A DNA stretch of 64,000 bases from Candidatus Bathyarchaeota archaeon (GCA_963770935.1 CAVYRJ010000004.1:101745-165744); one strand, 5' to 3'; shown: positions 20,958 through 32,702, numbered from the stretch's first letter. Notes: generated by a model not told the origin, from the letters alone. A program made the numbers and translations.

Positions 20958-21836
20958 CTATTCCCCCTTTTCCCCGAATATTCCGTTGGGTCGAATTATG
21001 AGCACAACTATGAGTAAGGCAAAGGCAACAGCGCTTCCCCAGGTGCCACCCAAAAACAGCGTCGCCATTTGTTCTGTTATGCCGTATAGTAATCCGCCGA
21101 TGATGGCGCCCTTTATGCTTCCTAGGCCGCCCATTATTATGATGGCGAAAGCTATGATTGTAGGCAAAGCTCCAACCTGATAATCGAAGGGATAAATTAT
21201 GCCGTACAATCCTCCTGCGACCGCTGCCAAGGCTGCTCCGATGGCGAAGGTGATCATGTAGACTTTTTGGACGTTTATGCCCATCAGCATGGCTGTTGTG
21301 TTTCTTTGGCTGGTTGCTCGCATTGCTAAGCCGATTTTCGTTTTCCATAGAAGCAGACCAAAAATTACCAGTGCAGCAACAACAACGAAGACGGCAATGA
21401 CGCGGTCATACGTTATAGATAAGCCTGGCAAGCCAACACTCATGCCGTAGAAGGGGCTCACCACCTGCTTTGAGTTGGCTCCCCAAATTAACATTGCAAC
21501 GTTTTCAAAAATGTAGATCAAACCTAAGCTAACGAAAATTTCGTTAAGTTTGTCTGTGCCCAGAACCTTGCGGAATGTGAACCTTTCAACCACAACACCT
21601 AATAGGGCAACAACAAACATTGAAACAAGGATGGCAATGTATGCGTTTAATCCTAATGAAACAGATATAGTCCAGGTTAAGAAAGCACTTATCATGAGCA
21701 GTTGACCGTGGGCAAAATTGACGAGTTTCATGACGCCGAAGATTATGTTTAATCCTGTTGCCAAAAGGATGTATACGCAGCCTATGGCGACACCCCAAAC
21801 TAACGTTAAGATGATTGTTGGTGCCGTTATGTCCAT
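20958..21836 (-). CDS. livH: Branched-chain amino acid ABC permease LivH
   Basis: GLNIIFGVMKLVNFAHG, GGLGS, RPNGIFG motifs. Confidence 0.92.
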   Translation of the reverse strand: MDITAPTIILTLVWGVAIGCVYILLATGLNIIFGVMKLVNFAHGQLLMISAFLTWTISVSLGLNAYIAILVSMFVVALLGVVVERFTFRKVLGTDKLNEIFVSLGLIYIFENVAMLIWGANSKQVVSPFYGMSVGLPGLSITYDRVIAVFVVVAALVIFGLLLWKTKIGLAMRATSQRNTTAMLMGINVQKVYMITFAIGAALAAVAGGLYGIIYPFDYQVGALPTIIAFAIIIMGGLGSIKGAIIGGLLYGITEQMATLFLGGTWGSAVAFALLIVVLIIRPNGIFGEKGE

Positions 21837-21941
21837 GGTTTAACATATCCCTTCTTTGGTTTAGCGATTGAAATAACTTCTCATGTTAACTATTTAAAAC
21901 ATGCGAGAAATAAAAGAAAAGGAAGGTTAGATTGTTTTTGT

Positions 21942-23317
21942 TTACTGTCCAGCTTGATATCCTGTTGGCAATACGAAGTTTGCTTGTTTTAGGTTGGTGC
22001 TGCCTGGTGGTGACCAAACTATTTGTGATGTTAGATGGATTAGATGATGCATCCCATTTCAGTTGCTCAATGAAGGTTACGGGGTCGATTTCATGGTAGT
22101 TGACGCCTGTGCTGAACTGTATTTTACCAGTCTTTGTCTGGATAAGCATCTGGTCGATATTTGTGTTCTCGATTGCTGTGCGAACTGCTGCTTTGTCAAC
22201 TGTTCCAGCTCTTTCGATTGCATCTTTAGCGATGTAGAATGCATCGTATGTGTCGGCACCCATCATTCCCGGCATAACATGTGGATAAGCTTTGTCGAAA
22301 GCCTTAGCATAGTTTTCTACAACTGTCGAGTATGAAGGCGTCATGAAGGGGTTGAGTTTCGACTCAAGAAGTTGTCCGTCACCTACGCTTCCCAGCAGGT
22401 CGTAGAAGGCTTCGTCTTGGTTGTTTTCAACTGCAATATAGACAGTCTTTAAGCCAACGTCGTCCCATCCTTGTTTTATTATGAGTGGTGTCTTGTCGGG
22501 GTTGTCAGCGATGAATACTGCGTCTGGATGTGCTGCGGCGACTGCTGTTAAGTCAGTTTGGTAGTTTGTGGTTGCAGGGTCATAAGCTCTGTCTGCAACG
22601 ATGCTGATTGGAAGGCTTTCGTTCTGTATCCAGAATTTAGTTGCCTGTGCAACTCCTGTTCCGAAAGCGTCGTTTCGGTAGAGTAGTGCAAGACTGAAGT
22701 TTCGGTCTGCGGCAACCATGGGTTTCATTTCGCTTGCAAAGAAGTCAACGACTGTTTTGCTGTAGTGATATGTTGTTGTGCAGTAGTGGAAGATGTAGCT
22801 CATGCCTTCTGCGTCAGCGATGCTGTTTGGTCCGTTTGGTCCAAAGCCGCCGTAGTTGCCTTGTGGTCCTCTTCTTGTTACAAGTTGGTTTGAGGCTCCG
22901 GCGATGATGTATGGCACTCTGTTTTCGATTGCTACGATTTCGTTTGCAAGTGTGCCTGCACTGCCGTATCCGCCGATCAACATGTCGACGTTGTCTGTTT
23001 CTACTGCTCGGGTAACTGGAGTTACTGCGTTTGCTGGGGCATCATTGTTTGTGTCAGCGATGACAATGGTAAGGTTTACTTTGGTGTTCCAACTTGAAAC
23101 GTAGACGCCGCCTGCATCGTTGATTTCTTGGACGGCTAGTCGAGCGGCACGTTCCATGTCTTGTCCAATTGGCGACCCTGATATCGGTGCGACTAATCCT
23201 ATCTTTATGTCTCTTGCGTCAGGTGATGCTGTTTGGGGTTAATTGCGTGGCTATAGCTGCTACTGCTGCAACAGCAATTATTACAACGACTAAAATAGCT
23301 AGTATTTTCTTTTGCAT
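21942..23317 (-). CDS. LivK/LivJ-type ABC substrate-binding protein; apparent frameshifts near 23200 and 22035
   Basis: MQKKILAILVVV anchor at 23317; core ORF 21886-23157 (QEINDAGG, IGGYGS, YDAFY); natural C-terminus QIVW...LPTGYQAGQ* in another frame ends at 21942. Confidence 0.8.
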
Positions 23318-23370
23318 TTTACTTTCCTCTTGTTTTTTCTTTGCTATATCACAAGGATTCGTTAATAAAA

Positions 23371-23959
23371 TTAACTCTTTAACACGGTTTCTCTGCCTAA
23401 CTGGAAAGCTTTCAGATTCAAATTGATGTATTTTTCTTTAAGCCTTCCCGCTATAGCGTGCTCAAAAGACTCTACTTTAACGGGAATCTCTGGAAGCGCC
23501 GATAATGCCCCCAGAAGAATCGTGTTAACAACCAGCATGTTGCCTAATTTCTCAGCGATGCCAACGCCGTCAACTTCATGAACCGATGCTTTAGCCCTTA
23601 GCATAAGCCATCAACTCTTCAATCTTTTTGGGCTTCGCGCCTGTAACCATGCAGTTTGGCGGAATGTACTTCATGTTCACGATTACAGTACCGTTTTTCT
23701 TTAGCATTGGCAAGGCTCGGGCGGTTTCCAAAATCTCAAAACCCACGATGGCGTCGGCTTTTCCTGTTTCAATGAGCGGCGACTCAACTTTGCTGCCAAT
23801 CCTCGTGTATGCAACTATGGAGCCTCCACGTTGAGCCATCCCGTGAATCTCAGCTTTCGCCACATCAAACCCATCCAGCATTGCGGCTTCACAGTAAATG
23901 TCGCTTAAAACTACCACTCCTTGACCTCCAACACCGCTGAATACTATGTCGAGATTCAT
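23371..23959 (-). CDS. iorB: Indolepyruvate:ferredoxin oxidoreductase beta subunit; apparent frameshift near 23600
   Basis: GVGGQG, EIHGMAQRGGS, NTILLGAL, NLKAF motifs; AGGAGG upstream of ATG 23959. Confidence 0.88.
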
Positions 23960-26150
23960 CTTTTCTTTCCTCCTTATGGCTTCAAAGGGGCATACAGCTT
24001 CGCATACCCCGCACCCATAACAGAGTGTTGCGTCTATTTCGGCATGTTCACTTTTTAGGCTGATGGCTGGGCAACCGAAGGCTTTTACGCAGACTCCGCA
24101 GGCGTTGCATTCTTCTTTGACTTCTCGAGGCTTGCCGCGTTCAATTAGAAGAGGACATGGTCGCTGGGAAATGATTACGGAAGGACCCTGATATTCTAAT
24201 GTCTCTCTTACGGCGGCGGTTGCGGCTTTGATATCGAAGGGGTCGATGACTTCGATTTTTTCTATGCCGACTCCTTTTGCGATATCTTTGATTCTTATGA
24301 CTTTTGCGTCGGTGCCCATGGCGGTTTTTCCTGAGCCTGGAGTGGGTTGGTGCCCCGTCATTGCAACAACGCTGTTATCCATGATGATTACGCACACGTT
24401 AGCTTTGTTGTATACAATGTTTAGCAGCCCCGGCATGCCTGCATGGAAAAAAGTTGAATCGCCGATGACCGCAAATACTTTTTCTTTAACTCCAGCATGA
24501 ATCATTCCTGCAGCTTGAGAAATTCCCGCCGCCCATGCAAAGGCAAGATTGAACGGCGCTAACAGGCGGCAAAACTCCCAGTGTATAGCACCCGATGTCG
24601 CCTGTGACGATTTTGTCATTGGATCTGCCAGTCAAAGTCAAAGCGCTTTCAGGGCATGCTGGGATACATTTTGGGTTGCCACCACAGGTGTCGCAGATTA
24701 TTGCTTTGTGGCTGGTTGGATGAAGCGTTATGGCGCCGTATTTGCAGGCTTCGATGCACCAGTCGCAGCCTTTGCATTTTGATTCATCGATGACTATTGC
24801 TCCAGTTTCCTTGGTTTGAGTAATGGCGTTTTCAGGGCAGGCGTGGATGCAGGGCGCGTCAATGCAGCCTTTGCAGGTTACCGCTGTGTTTAGGATTTGT
24901 CCAATTCTTACTGAGCGAATCCGTGATTTGAGAGGATTGAAGACTTTTTCTTTCTCAAAAGAGCAAGCGTACTCGCAAATGTCACAGCCCACACATTTTT
25001 CGTTGTCGCATTCAACATGCTGGTTGGTCATGTTTAGGGCATAGTAGAATGCTCGGTGGGGGCATCCAGGGCAGAGGGCTGGTGGTCGAGGAGGCAAATC
25101 TATGGACTCTTGCCTTTCAGCTTTAGATGTTAATCCCAAATTGGCAAAGGCTTGTCGAACGTTGTCGGGCGTGAATTCGCCGATTTCTTCTAAACCCAAC
25201 TGGCTTTTACCCAAAACCTCAAGGTTTAGCCGCTGAAGGTTTTCTTCGATGTAAGGTCTTAATTCCTCGATAACTATGAGCTTCTTAACCTTGGATGCGA
25301 ATGCCTTTACAATTTCCACTGGAAAAGGATGAACAAAACCCAACTTTAGCCACGAAAACTTGTTCGTATCCAAAACTGATCGAGCGTAGTAGTAGCCAAC
25401 TCCGCTTCCCACAATGCCGATTTCGCTTCCATTATCCTCAGCCACATTAAACTTTGAATCGTTAGCAAGCCGTTTTGCTTCCGCCAACCTGCCCTCCAGA
25501 ACACGGTGCTGCCTAATAGCATTGGATGGAACCATCACCCATTTTGAGCTGTCTTTATCGAATTCGGCTTTCCGCTTAATTTTCTGAAAATTGCCAAGTT
25601 TTACTCTGGCTTTTCCATGCGCAACTCTTGTGGTTAGACGCACAATGACGGGCAGATGGAGTTTTTCGCTGATTTCAAAAGCTTCTTTTGCCATGTCGTG
25701 GGCTTCTTGTGGGCTGCCTGCATCCAGCAACGGCAGTTTTGAGTGGACTGCAAAGAAGCGGGTGTCTTGTTCGTTTTGGCTGCTATGCAATGCGGGGTCG
25801 TCACAGACCGCTATTACCATGCCGCCTTCAACGCCAGTGTAAGCCAAGGTCATAGCTGCGTCTGCGGCAACGTTCAAGCCAACATGCTTCATAGAAACAA
25901 TCGAGCGTACCCCAGCCATAGAAGCGCCAGAAGCAACTTCGGTAGCTACAATCTCGTTTATGCTCCACTCTGCGTAGATGCCGAATTCTTTAGAGACTTC
26001 AGCTATAGTTTCCAAGATTTCAGTGGCAGGTGTCCCGGGATATGAAGCGGCAACTCTTACGGTGGCTTCCACTGCCCCGCGTGCAACTGCCTCATCACCG
26101 TTAAGCAAGGCAAAGGTGCCCGGCTTATCTGCTGCAATCTTGGAAGTCAT
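23956..26150 (-). CDS. iorA: Indolepyruvate:ferredoxin oxidoreductase alpha subunit with inserted polyferredoxin; apparent frameshift near 24530
   Basis: GDEAVARG, YPGTP, MKHVGLNVA, SSQNEQD, LCPGCPHR, GDIGCY, IGDSTFFH, MTGHQP, C-terminal 2x[4Fe-4S]; 3' end approximate. Confidence 0.88.
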
Positions 26151-26161
26151 AAATTTGTCCT

Positions 26162-27481
26162 TTACATTTTGCCCTTACGCAAATCCAACACTCTTTTTGC
26201 TTTGCCCTCTGTTCTTGGGAGTTCGCCTGGCTTTACAATTTCCACGTCAGCTGATATACCAGTTACTATGTGGATTCTCTTTTGAATATCATTTATCAAT
26301 GCATTTTTGTCTATCTGTGGGTTTTTGGCGGCTTGGTCTGACAATTCAACTTTAACAACGAAAGTGTCTAAGGCACCTGGTCTATCGAGAACTATCAGGT
26401 ATTGGGTGGCGAGTTCTGAGAAGCACATAACAGCATACTCGATTTGAGATGGAAACACGTTTACTCCACGAATAATCAGCATGTCATCTGATCTTCCTGT
26501 TACCCTTTCCATTCTTGAATGGGTTCTTCCGCATGCACATTTCTCTACGTTGATTGTGGAGATGTCTCTTGTTCTGTAGCGCAACATGGGTAAACCTGTT
26601 TTGGTGAGAGCAGTAAAAACTAATTCGCCTTCTTCTCCAGCAGGCAACACTTCGCCCGTGTCTGGATCAATTGTTTCTACGATAAAGTGGTCTTCCCAAA
26701 TATGTAAACCCTTATGCTCAGAGCATTCGATGGAGACTCCAGGACCGCAAAGTTCAGTTAACCCGTAAACGTCGAAGGCTTCTATTCCCATTTCTTTTTC
26801 GATTCGTTCTCGGATTTTATGTGACCATGGTTCAGCGCCGAACATTCCGAGTCGAAGTTTAAGGTCCTTTTGTGGAACTACTCCTTCTTGAGCCATAGTT
26901 TCAGCGAGATAAACTGCGAAGCTGGGTGTGCATGCTAAGATTGTGACGTCTAAGTCTCTCATGAGTTTTATTTGACGTTGGGTCATACCGCCGCTTGCGG
27001 GTACAATTTTTGCTCCCAGTTTTTGGGCACCATAATGGAACCCTAAGCCTCCTGTGAACAAGCCGTAGCCGTAGGCGATGTGGATGACGTCTTGGCGTCT
27101 TCCTCCTGTGGTATAGATGGAGCGTGCCATAAGTTCTTGCCACATGTCCATGTCGCTTTTGGTGTAGGCGCCAATTATTGGGTTTCCTGTCGTTCCGCTG
27201 GAAGCATGAATCTCTACAATTTCGTCTGATTTTGCAGCAACCATGCCGAAAGGATAATTGTCACGTAAATCGCTCTTTACGGTGAAGGGAATCTTTTGTA
27301 AATCATTTAGGGACTGAATATCCTGGGGTTTGAGGCCGATGTTGTCAAATTTTTTCTTATAGAAGCTGCTGTGTTCATAGCAGTGTTTGACTTGTTCTTT
27401 GAGTTTTTGGAGTTGGAGCTTTTTTATTTCTTGTGTGGGCATTGTTTCTATTTTTTCGTTCCAGTATTTGCCATCCGCCAA
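26162..27481 (-). CDS. paaK: Phenylacetate-CoA ligase
   Basis: HASSGTTG, YGLFTGGLGFHYG, YGLTE, YRTRD, GRSDDM, PRTEGKAKR. Confidence 0.93.
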   Translation of the reverse strand: MADGKYWNEKIETMPTQEIKKLQLQKLKEQVKHCYEHSSFYKKKFDNIGLKPQDIQSLNDLQKIPFTVKSDLRDNYPFGMVAAKSDEIVEIHASSGTTGNPIIGAYTKSDMDMWQELMARSIYTTGGRRQDVIHIAYGYGLFTGGLGFHYGAQKLGAKIVPASGGMTQRQIKLMRDLDVTILACTPSFAVYLAETMAQEGVVPQKDLKLRLGMFGAEPWSHKIRERIEKEMGIEAFDVYGLTELCGPGVSIECSEHKGLHIWEDHFIVETIDPDTGEVLPAGEEGELVFTALTKTGLPMLRYRTRDISTINVEKCACGRTHSRMERVTGRSDDMLIIRGVNVFPSQIEYAVMCFSELATQYLIVLDRPGALDTFVVKVELSDQAAKNPQIDKNALINDIQKRIHIVTGISADVEIVKPGELPRTEGKAKRVLDLRKGKM

Positions 27482-27498
27482 GTTTTTTCCCTCTTAAG

Positions 27499-28204
27499 CT
27501 AAAGGCCTAGATACACTTCTTTTATATGACTATTAGATAAAAGTTCCCTACTCTTTCCTTCCAAGACTATCTTGCCTTCCTCGAGAACGTAGCCTCTATC
27601 TGCAACGTGTTAAGCTTTCGTGGATATTTTGTTCTACTAAAAGAACCGTTACACCTTCCTCGTTGATTGTACGCACGGTGTCCAGGACTTTTTCCACAAT
27701 TATAGGCGCTAAACCCAGGGAAGGTTCATCTAGGATTAGCAGTTGGGGATTTGACATTAGGCTTCTGCAGATAACAAGCATTTGCTGCTCGCCACCGCTT
27801 AGTGTCTGAGCTAATGCTTTCTCTTTCTTCTTGAGTACTGGAAAAATATCAAAAGCTTTCTCTTTAGTTTCCTTAATCTTCACCTTGTCCTTTATGGTGT
27901 AGGCGCCTAGCATGAGATTATCTTCGACAGTCATGCGTGGAAAGATTTCTCTGCCCTCAGGAATCATCGATAAGCCTTTCTTGACAATCTCGTAGGTTGA
28001 GAGTTTCTCTATGTATTCGCTTTTAAACTTGATTGAGCCCGTTTTTGGATGCAGAAAACCCATGATTGTTTTTACAAGGGTGGTTTTTCCGGCGCCGTTG
28101 GGTCCGATGATGCTGACTATTTCTTTTTCTTCTACCTTAAAGTTTACGTCTCGAAGTATTTGCACCATACCGTACGCTGCGGATAAATTCTCGACTTCAA
28201 GCAT
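27499..28204 (-). CDS. livF: ABC ATP-binding protein LivF; apparent frameshift near 27610
   Basis: GPNGAGKT, LSGGEQQM, LDEPSLGLAP; tail ADRGYVLEEG...YLGL* in another frame ends at 27499. Confidence 0.88.
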
Positions 28205-28944
28205 TACTCTTCCTCACCAAACGTGAATCGCTTGCCCAAGTAAACCTTTACCACATTTTCGTTACAAACAACCTCTTTGGGGGTTCCTTCGCAGATTTTT
28301 TCGCCATGATGTAGAACAATTACGTGGTCACATAACCCCATGATTACCCGCATAACATGCTCCACGATAAGCACTGTAATTCCTTGCTTGTTGATGAGTT
28401 TTATGAGTTCTATGGCTTCGTCACATTCCTTGGGTGTTAAACCCGTTAGTAATTCATCAAGACAAAGCAGTTTTGGACTAGTTGCCAACGCTTTCGCAAG
28501 CTGTATTCGACGCAACTCAACGACGTTTAGGTTTTTTGCTGGCACATTAAACTTTTCTTTTCCCAAACCCACAAACCCCAAAAGCTCTTGCGCCCTCGCC
28601 AAACCATCGATTTTGCCTGAAGATTTTTTATCATTAAACATTATGCTGGTTAACACGTTTTCTTGGGCTGTCATTTCTGGGAAAGACTGGACTGTTTGGG
28701 CTGTTTTTGTGATTCCTTTAGCGCAGATTTTGTAGGGCGGAAAATTAGAAATATCTTCATTAAAAAAGAGGATTTGTCCTGAGTCAGGTTTGTAGACGCC
28801 ACTGATGAGGTTTAGAAGCGTGGATTTGCCTGAACCGTTGGGTCCAACAAGCCCAGCTATCTCACCGTCGTTTACGGTGAAGTCGACGTTTTTTAATGCT
28901 TGAAGTCCTCCAAACTGCTTGGAGATTGCGATGCACTTTAACAA
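28204..28944 (-). CDS. livG: ABC ATP-binding protein LivG
   Basis: FGGLQAL, GPNGSGKST, LDE, VEH, YLG motifs. Confidence 0.9.
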   Translation of the reverse strand: MLKCIAISKQFGGLQALKNVDFTVNDGEIAGLVGPNGSGKSTLLNLISGVYKPDSGQILFFNEDISNFPPYKICAKGITKTAQTVQSFPEMTAQENVLTSIMFNDKKSSGKIDGLARAQELLGFVGLGKEKFNVPAKNLNVVELRRIQLAKALATSPKLLCLDELLTGLTPKECDEAIELIKLINKQGITVLIVEHVMRVIMGLCDHVIVLHHGEKICEGTPKEVVCNENVVKVYLGKRFTFGEEE

Positions 28945-29074
28945 ACTTGCTTTCTCCGAATAGCAAGGAATTATTCATGTGCAAATATAAAGGTTGGTAG
29001 AAAACGATATTTTCCTAAAAAGTTTGGTTAAAGTTAAATATCAACTAAAACTATTAAATTGTAGGTGTAACTGT

Positions 29075-29521
29075 TTGCCTATAACGCAAGTAAGCGTCTT
29101 TCTCGATAATCATCCAGGTTCTCTTTTTGAAACAATGTCGCAGCTTGACAAAAACAAAATCAAAGTTTTCGCATTATCGATTGCAGATGCGGGCGAGTTT
29201 GGCTTAGTTAGGCTAATAACTGAGGAACCCGAGAAAGCCACGCGGCTCTTGGAGGATGCAGAGTTTAACCTAGCAAAGTCAAAGAAAAACACTGAAGTAA
29301 CTGCTACATTCATTTCTGAGGAAAATACTCTCTCCAAGATTACCAAAATTTTAGGCGACGGCGGCATAAACATAGAATACGCTTACTCATCAGCTGTGCA
29401 TGTGGATGGTAAGGTGGCGTTAATTTTGCGACCTAGTAATGTTGAGCAGGCAGAGCAGATGTTAACGGATAACGGTGTTGCTGTTCTCTCGCTTGGTGAA
29501 ATCAAGAAGTACTTCCAGTAA
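29075..29521 (+). CDS. Tandem ACT-domain protein
   Basis: QVSVFLDNHPG...GINIEYAY; commonly associated with paaK; TTG start 29075. Confidence 0.85.
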   Translation: MPITQVSVFLDNHPGSLFETMSQLDKNKIKVFALSIADAGEFGLVRLITEEPEKATRLLEDAEFNLAKSKKNTEVTATFISEENTLSKITKILGDGGINIEYAYSSAVHVDGKVALILRPSNVEQAEQMLTDNGVAVLSLGEIKKYFQ

Positions 29522-29656
29522 CTCGACTGCTTATTACGCTGGAATCTTTAAACTCTAGTTTTAACTCCTAGAATACAGTTTCATCAAAGAATACGAATTA
29601 TTGAACAATAAACTTTAATTTATCCCGTTGCACGACCCTAACGCAGAGGTTAAAGA

Positions 29657-32461
29657 ATGGTCACCACAAACCTTGATAAGATTTTCAATCCTCAAAATGT
29701 AGCAATCATTGGAGCCAGCGATGTTGAAGGCTCAGTTGGATACGCTATAGTTAAAAATTTTACCAAGATGGGCTACACTGGCAAAGTTTACTTTGTTAAC
29801 ATTCGCAAGAATGAGATTTTAGGCATTAAGACTTACCCAACGGTCGACCAGATTCCTGAACCTATTGATTTAGCCATAATTGCCACGCCGGCAAAGACTG
29901 TTCCTGATGTTATGGAAGAATGTGGCAAAGCACAGGTAAAAGGAGTAATTATTGTTTCTGCAGGCTTCAAAGAGACAGGTCCAGCTGGAAAAGCCTTAGA
30001 AGAAAAGATTCTTGAAGCGTCAAAGAAATATGGCATCCGAGTTATCGGTCCAAACTGCATCGGCATAATCCGCCCCCGAAACAACTTAAATGCAACTTTC
30101 CTGGACAAAATGCCCAAACCAGGCAACGTAGCTTTCCTCTCTCAAAGCGGCGCTTTAGGCTCGGCAATCCTTGATTGGGCGCTCCACGAAAACATCGGCT
30201 TCTCCAACTTCGTTTCCGTCGGTTCTATGCTTGATGTGGACTTTGGCGATTTAATCGACTACTTTGGTTCTGACCCAAAAACAAAAAGTATCCTAATGTA
30301 CATCGAAGGGATAACTGAAGCCCGCAAATTCATGAGTGCTGCGAGGCACTTTGCAAGAACAAAACCCATCATCGTCGTTAAATCAGGCAAATTTTCCGAA
30401 AGTGCAAAAGCTGCTGCTTCCCACACTGGTTCCCTATCAGGGGAGGATGCCATCTATGATGCCGCATTCAAGCGTGCAGGTGTAGTTCGTGTTAATGAAA
30501 TAGCTGACCTCTTTAATGCAGCTGAGGTTTTAGGGACCCAACCCTTGCCTAAAGGCCCAAGACTTGCAATAATAACTAACGCAGGCGGACCTGGCGTTAT
30601 GGCAACTGACTCATTAATTGCTCAAGGCGGAAAATTGGCAAAGTTAAACCAAAAAACTCTCGATTCACTTAACGCTATTCTGCCACCCTTCTGGAGTCAC
30701 GGTAACCCAATTGACGTTTTAGGCGATGCCCGTTCTGAACGTTACAAAGCAGCGGTTGAAGCATGTCTAAACGACGAGAATATCGACGGGATATTGATTG
30801 TTTTTACCCAGCAGGCAGTTTCAGAATCGGTTGAAATAGCTAAAAACATAGTTGAACTTGTACGCAGCAAATCTTACCAGAACAAGACAATCCTGACTTC
30901 GTTTATGGGCTATGGCGCTGTTCAAGAAGCCAACAGTATCCTTAACGCTAACAACATTCCAACTTACACAACACCAGAGCAAGCCATTAGAACCTACATG
31001 TACATGTACAATTACCAACGTAACATCGGTCTCCTCTATGAAACCCCTGAAGAACTGCCCGTAGATTCCGCGCCACCAAAGCGCCCAATCATGGCGTTGA
31101 TAAGGAACGCCGCGTTTGAAGGCCGCGAAATCTTAACTGAGGATGAAGCCAAAAAAATACTCAAATACTATAATTTTCCAGTGGTGAAAACAGCTGCAGC
31201 CAACACTGTTGAGGAGGCAATTGCTTTTTCTCAGGACATGGGCTTCCCTGTTGTGCTAAAGATTCTGTCACCTCAAATTATCCATAAAAGCGACGCAGGC
31301 GGAGTTATATTAAACGTTAACTCGCCACAGGAAGTCCGCGAAGCCTTCGAAGTTCTAATTCAAAGGGCAACCGCCTACAACCCCAATGCCCAAATAATCG
31401 GTGTCACCGTTCAGCCGATGGTTGAGAAGAAAGGTCAGGAAATCATAATCGGAGGAAAAACCGATCCTGTGTTTGGTCCCGTAATACTCTTCGGGATGGG
31501 TGGAGTCGGTGTGGAGCTCTTCAAGGATTACTCAATTGGGCTTCCACCACTAAACACGACACTTATCCACCGCATGATGGAAGAAACCAAAGTCTATCGT
31601 TTATTGAAAGGTTGGCGTAACGCGCCGTCAGTGGATCTTAAAAAACTCGATGAAACCGTGTTAATGTTCTCCCAGTTGTTGGTTGATTTTCCACAGATAA
31701 AGGAAATTGACATAAATCCACTGTTAATCAACGAGAAAGATGCTTGCATCCTTGATGCACGAATAGTTATTGACAAAGATAAGGTCTGCAAGAAATTTGA
31801 ACCCCACGAGCACATGGTAATTAGTCCTTACCCCAAAAAATACGAGATACTATGGTTACTCAAGAATGGGCAAGAAGTGCTGCTGCGCCCCATAAAGCCT
31901 GAAGATGAACCGATGTGGCTAGAGATGTTCCAGAGTTTCTCCGAGGAATCTATCCGTTATAGGTTCTTCCAGATGCTAAAAGATACACCACATGAAGTTC
32001 GTGTCCGTTACTGCAATGTTGACTACGACCGCGAAATCGCAATCGTTGCAGAAATAGTCGAAGATGGCAAAAGAAAAATCCTTGGCGTTAGCCGCTTCAG
32101 TATTGAACCCGACGAAAAGAGCGGTGAAATGGCTTTCATCGTTAGCGATTACTGGCAAGGATTAGGTTTAGGCACCAAAATGGTTGATTACACACTTGAC
32201 ATTGCCAAGGAAAAAGGTATCGATAGCGTCTATGCAATAATGTTGCAGGACAACTACCGCGCCTTGAGCCTGACCAAGAAGATGGGTTTCAAAATTGACT
32301 ACTTAAGCGACGGCACAGTGAAAGCAACTCTTAATTTGAAAGAAGAAGACTTGGATCTTCGTTGTGAACAGCCAAAGGCTTCTTCATTGATGACAACAAA
32401 AGAGCAACCGGTAGTTCAAGTCAAAGAAGCGGAAAAGCGTCCGGAAATAACCTCTGCCTAA
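29657..32461 (+). CDS. ADP-forming acyl-CoA ligase (alpha+beta) fused to a C-terminal GNAT (Pat-type)
   Basis: IIGAS, GPNC, SQSGA, ASHTGS, NPID, HKSDAGGV, DINP, then LLRPIKPED...QGLGLG GNAT domain. Confidence 0.9.
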   Translation: MVTTNLDKIFNPQNVAIIGASDVEGSVGYAIVKNFTKMGYTGKVYFVNIRKNEILGIKTYPTVDQIPEPIDLAIIATPAKTVPDVMEECGKAQVKGVIIVSAGFKETGPAGKALEEKILEASKKYGIRVIGPNCIGIIRPRNNLNATFLDKMPKPGNVAFLSQSGALGSAILDWALHENIGFSNFVSVGSMLDVDFGDLIDYFGSDPKTKSILMYIEGITEARKFMSAARHFARTKPIIVVKSGKFSESAKAAASHTGSLSGEDAIYDAAFKRAGVVRVNEIADLFNAAEVLGTQPLPKGPRLAIITNAGGPGVMATDSLIAQGGKLAKLNQKTLDSLNAILPPFWSHGNPIDVLGDARSERYKAAVEACLNDENIDGILIVFTQQAVSESVEIAKNIVELVRSKSYQNKTILTSFMGYGAVQEANSILNANNIPTYTTPEQAIRTYMYMYNYQRNIGLLYETPEELPVDSAPPKRPIMALIRNAAFEGREILTEDEAKKILKYYNFPVVKTAAANTVEEAIAFSQDMGFPVVLKILSPQIIHKSDAGGVILNVNSPQEVREAFEVLIQRATAYNPNAQIIGVTVQPMVEKKGQEIIIGGKTDPVFGPVILFGMGGVGVELFKDYSIGLPPLNTTLIHRMMEETKVYRLLKGWRNAPSVDLKKLDETVLMFSQLLVDFPQIKEIDINPLLINEKDACILDARIVIDKDKVCKKFEPHEHMVISPYPKKYEILWLLKNGQEVLLRPIKPEDEPMWLEMFQSFSEESIRYRFFQMLKDTPHEVRVRYCNVDYDREIAIVAEIVEDGKRKILGVSRFSIEPDEKSGEMAFIVSDYWQGLGLGTKMVDYTLDIAKEKGIDSVYAIMLQDNYRALSLTKKMGFKIDYLSDGTVKATLNLKEEDLDLRCEQPKASSLMTTKEQPVVQVKEAEKRPEITSA

Positions 32462-32702
32462 AGTAATCTTTCTTTCTTTTTATGTAAAGAAAATAATAGT
32501 AAAATATTGTTATATTTGTAGAAAATAGGGTTTTAGGTAATCTGCCCCGCCAACTAATTGACTTTTCAGTGATTAATTTTTGCTCTCGTTGATTTTTTCG
32601 GTTTTCGGGGTAATTTATCTTGAATTATCTCCTCTAGACTTTTATATCACCAATTTAGTAGTGCCCTGAGGAAAATTAGACTCATAATTCCCTGGAGGGC
32701 TA

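Noticed and set aside
23591-24619. Apparent IorA-IorB fusion ORF
   Set aside because: AGGAGG precedes ATG 23959, and one fewer A in the preceding run would give the usual ATGA overlap; likely an indel error, so treated as two genes
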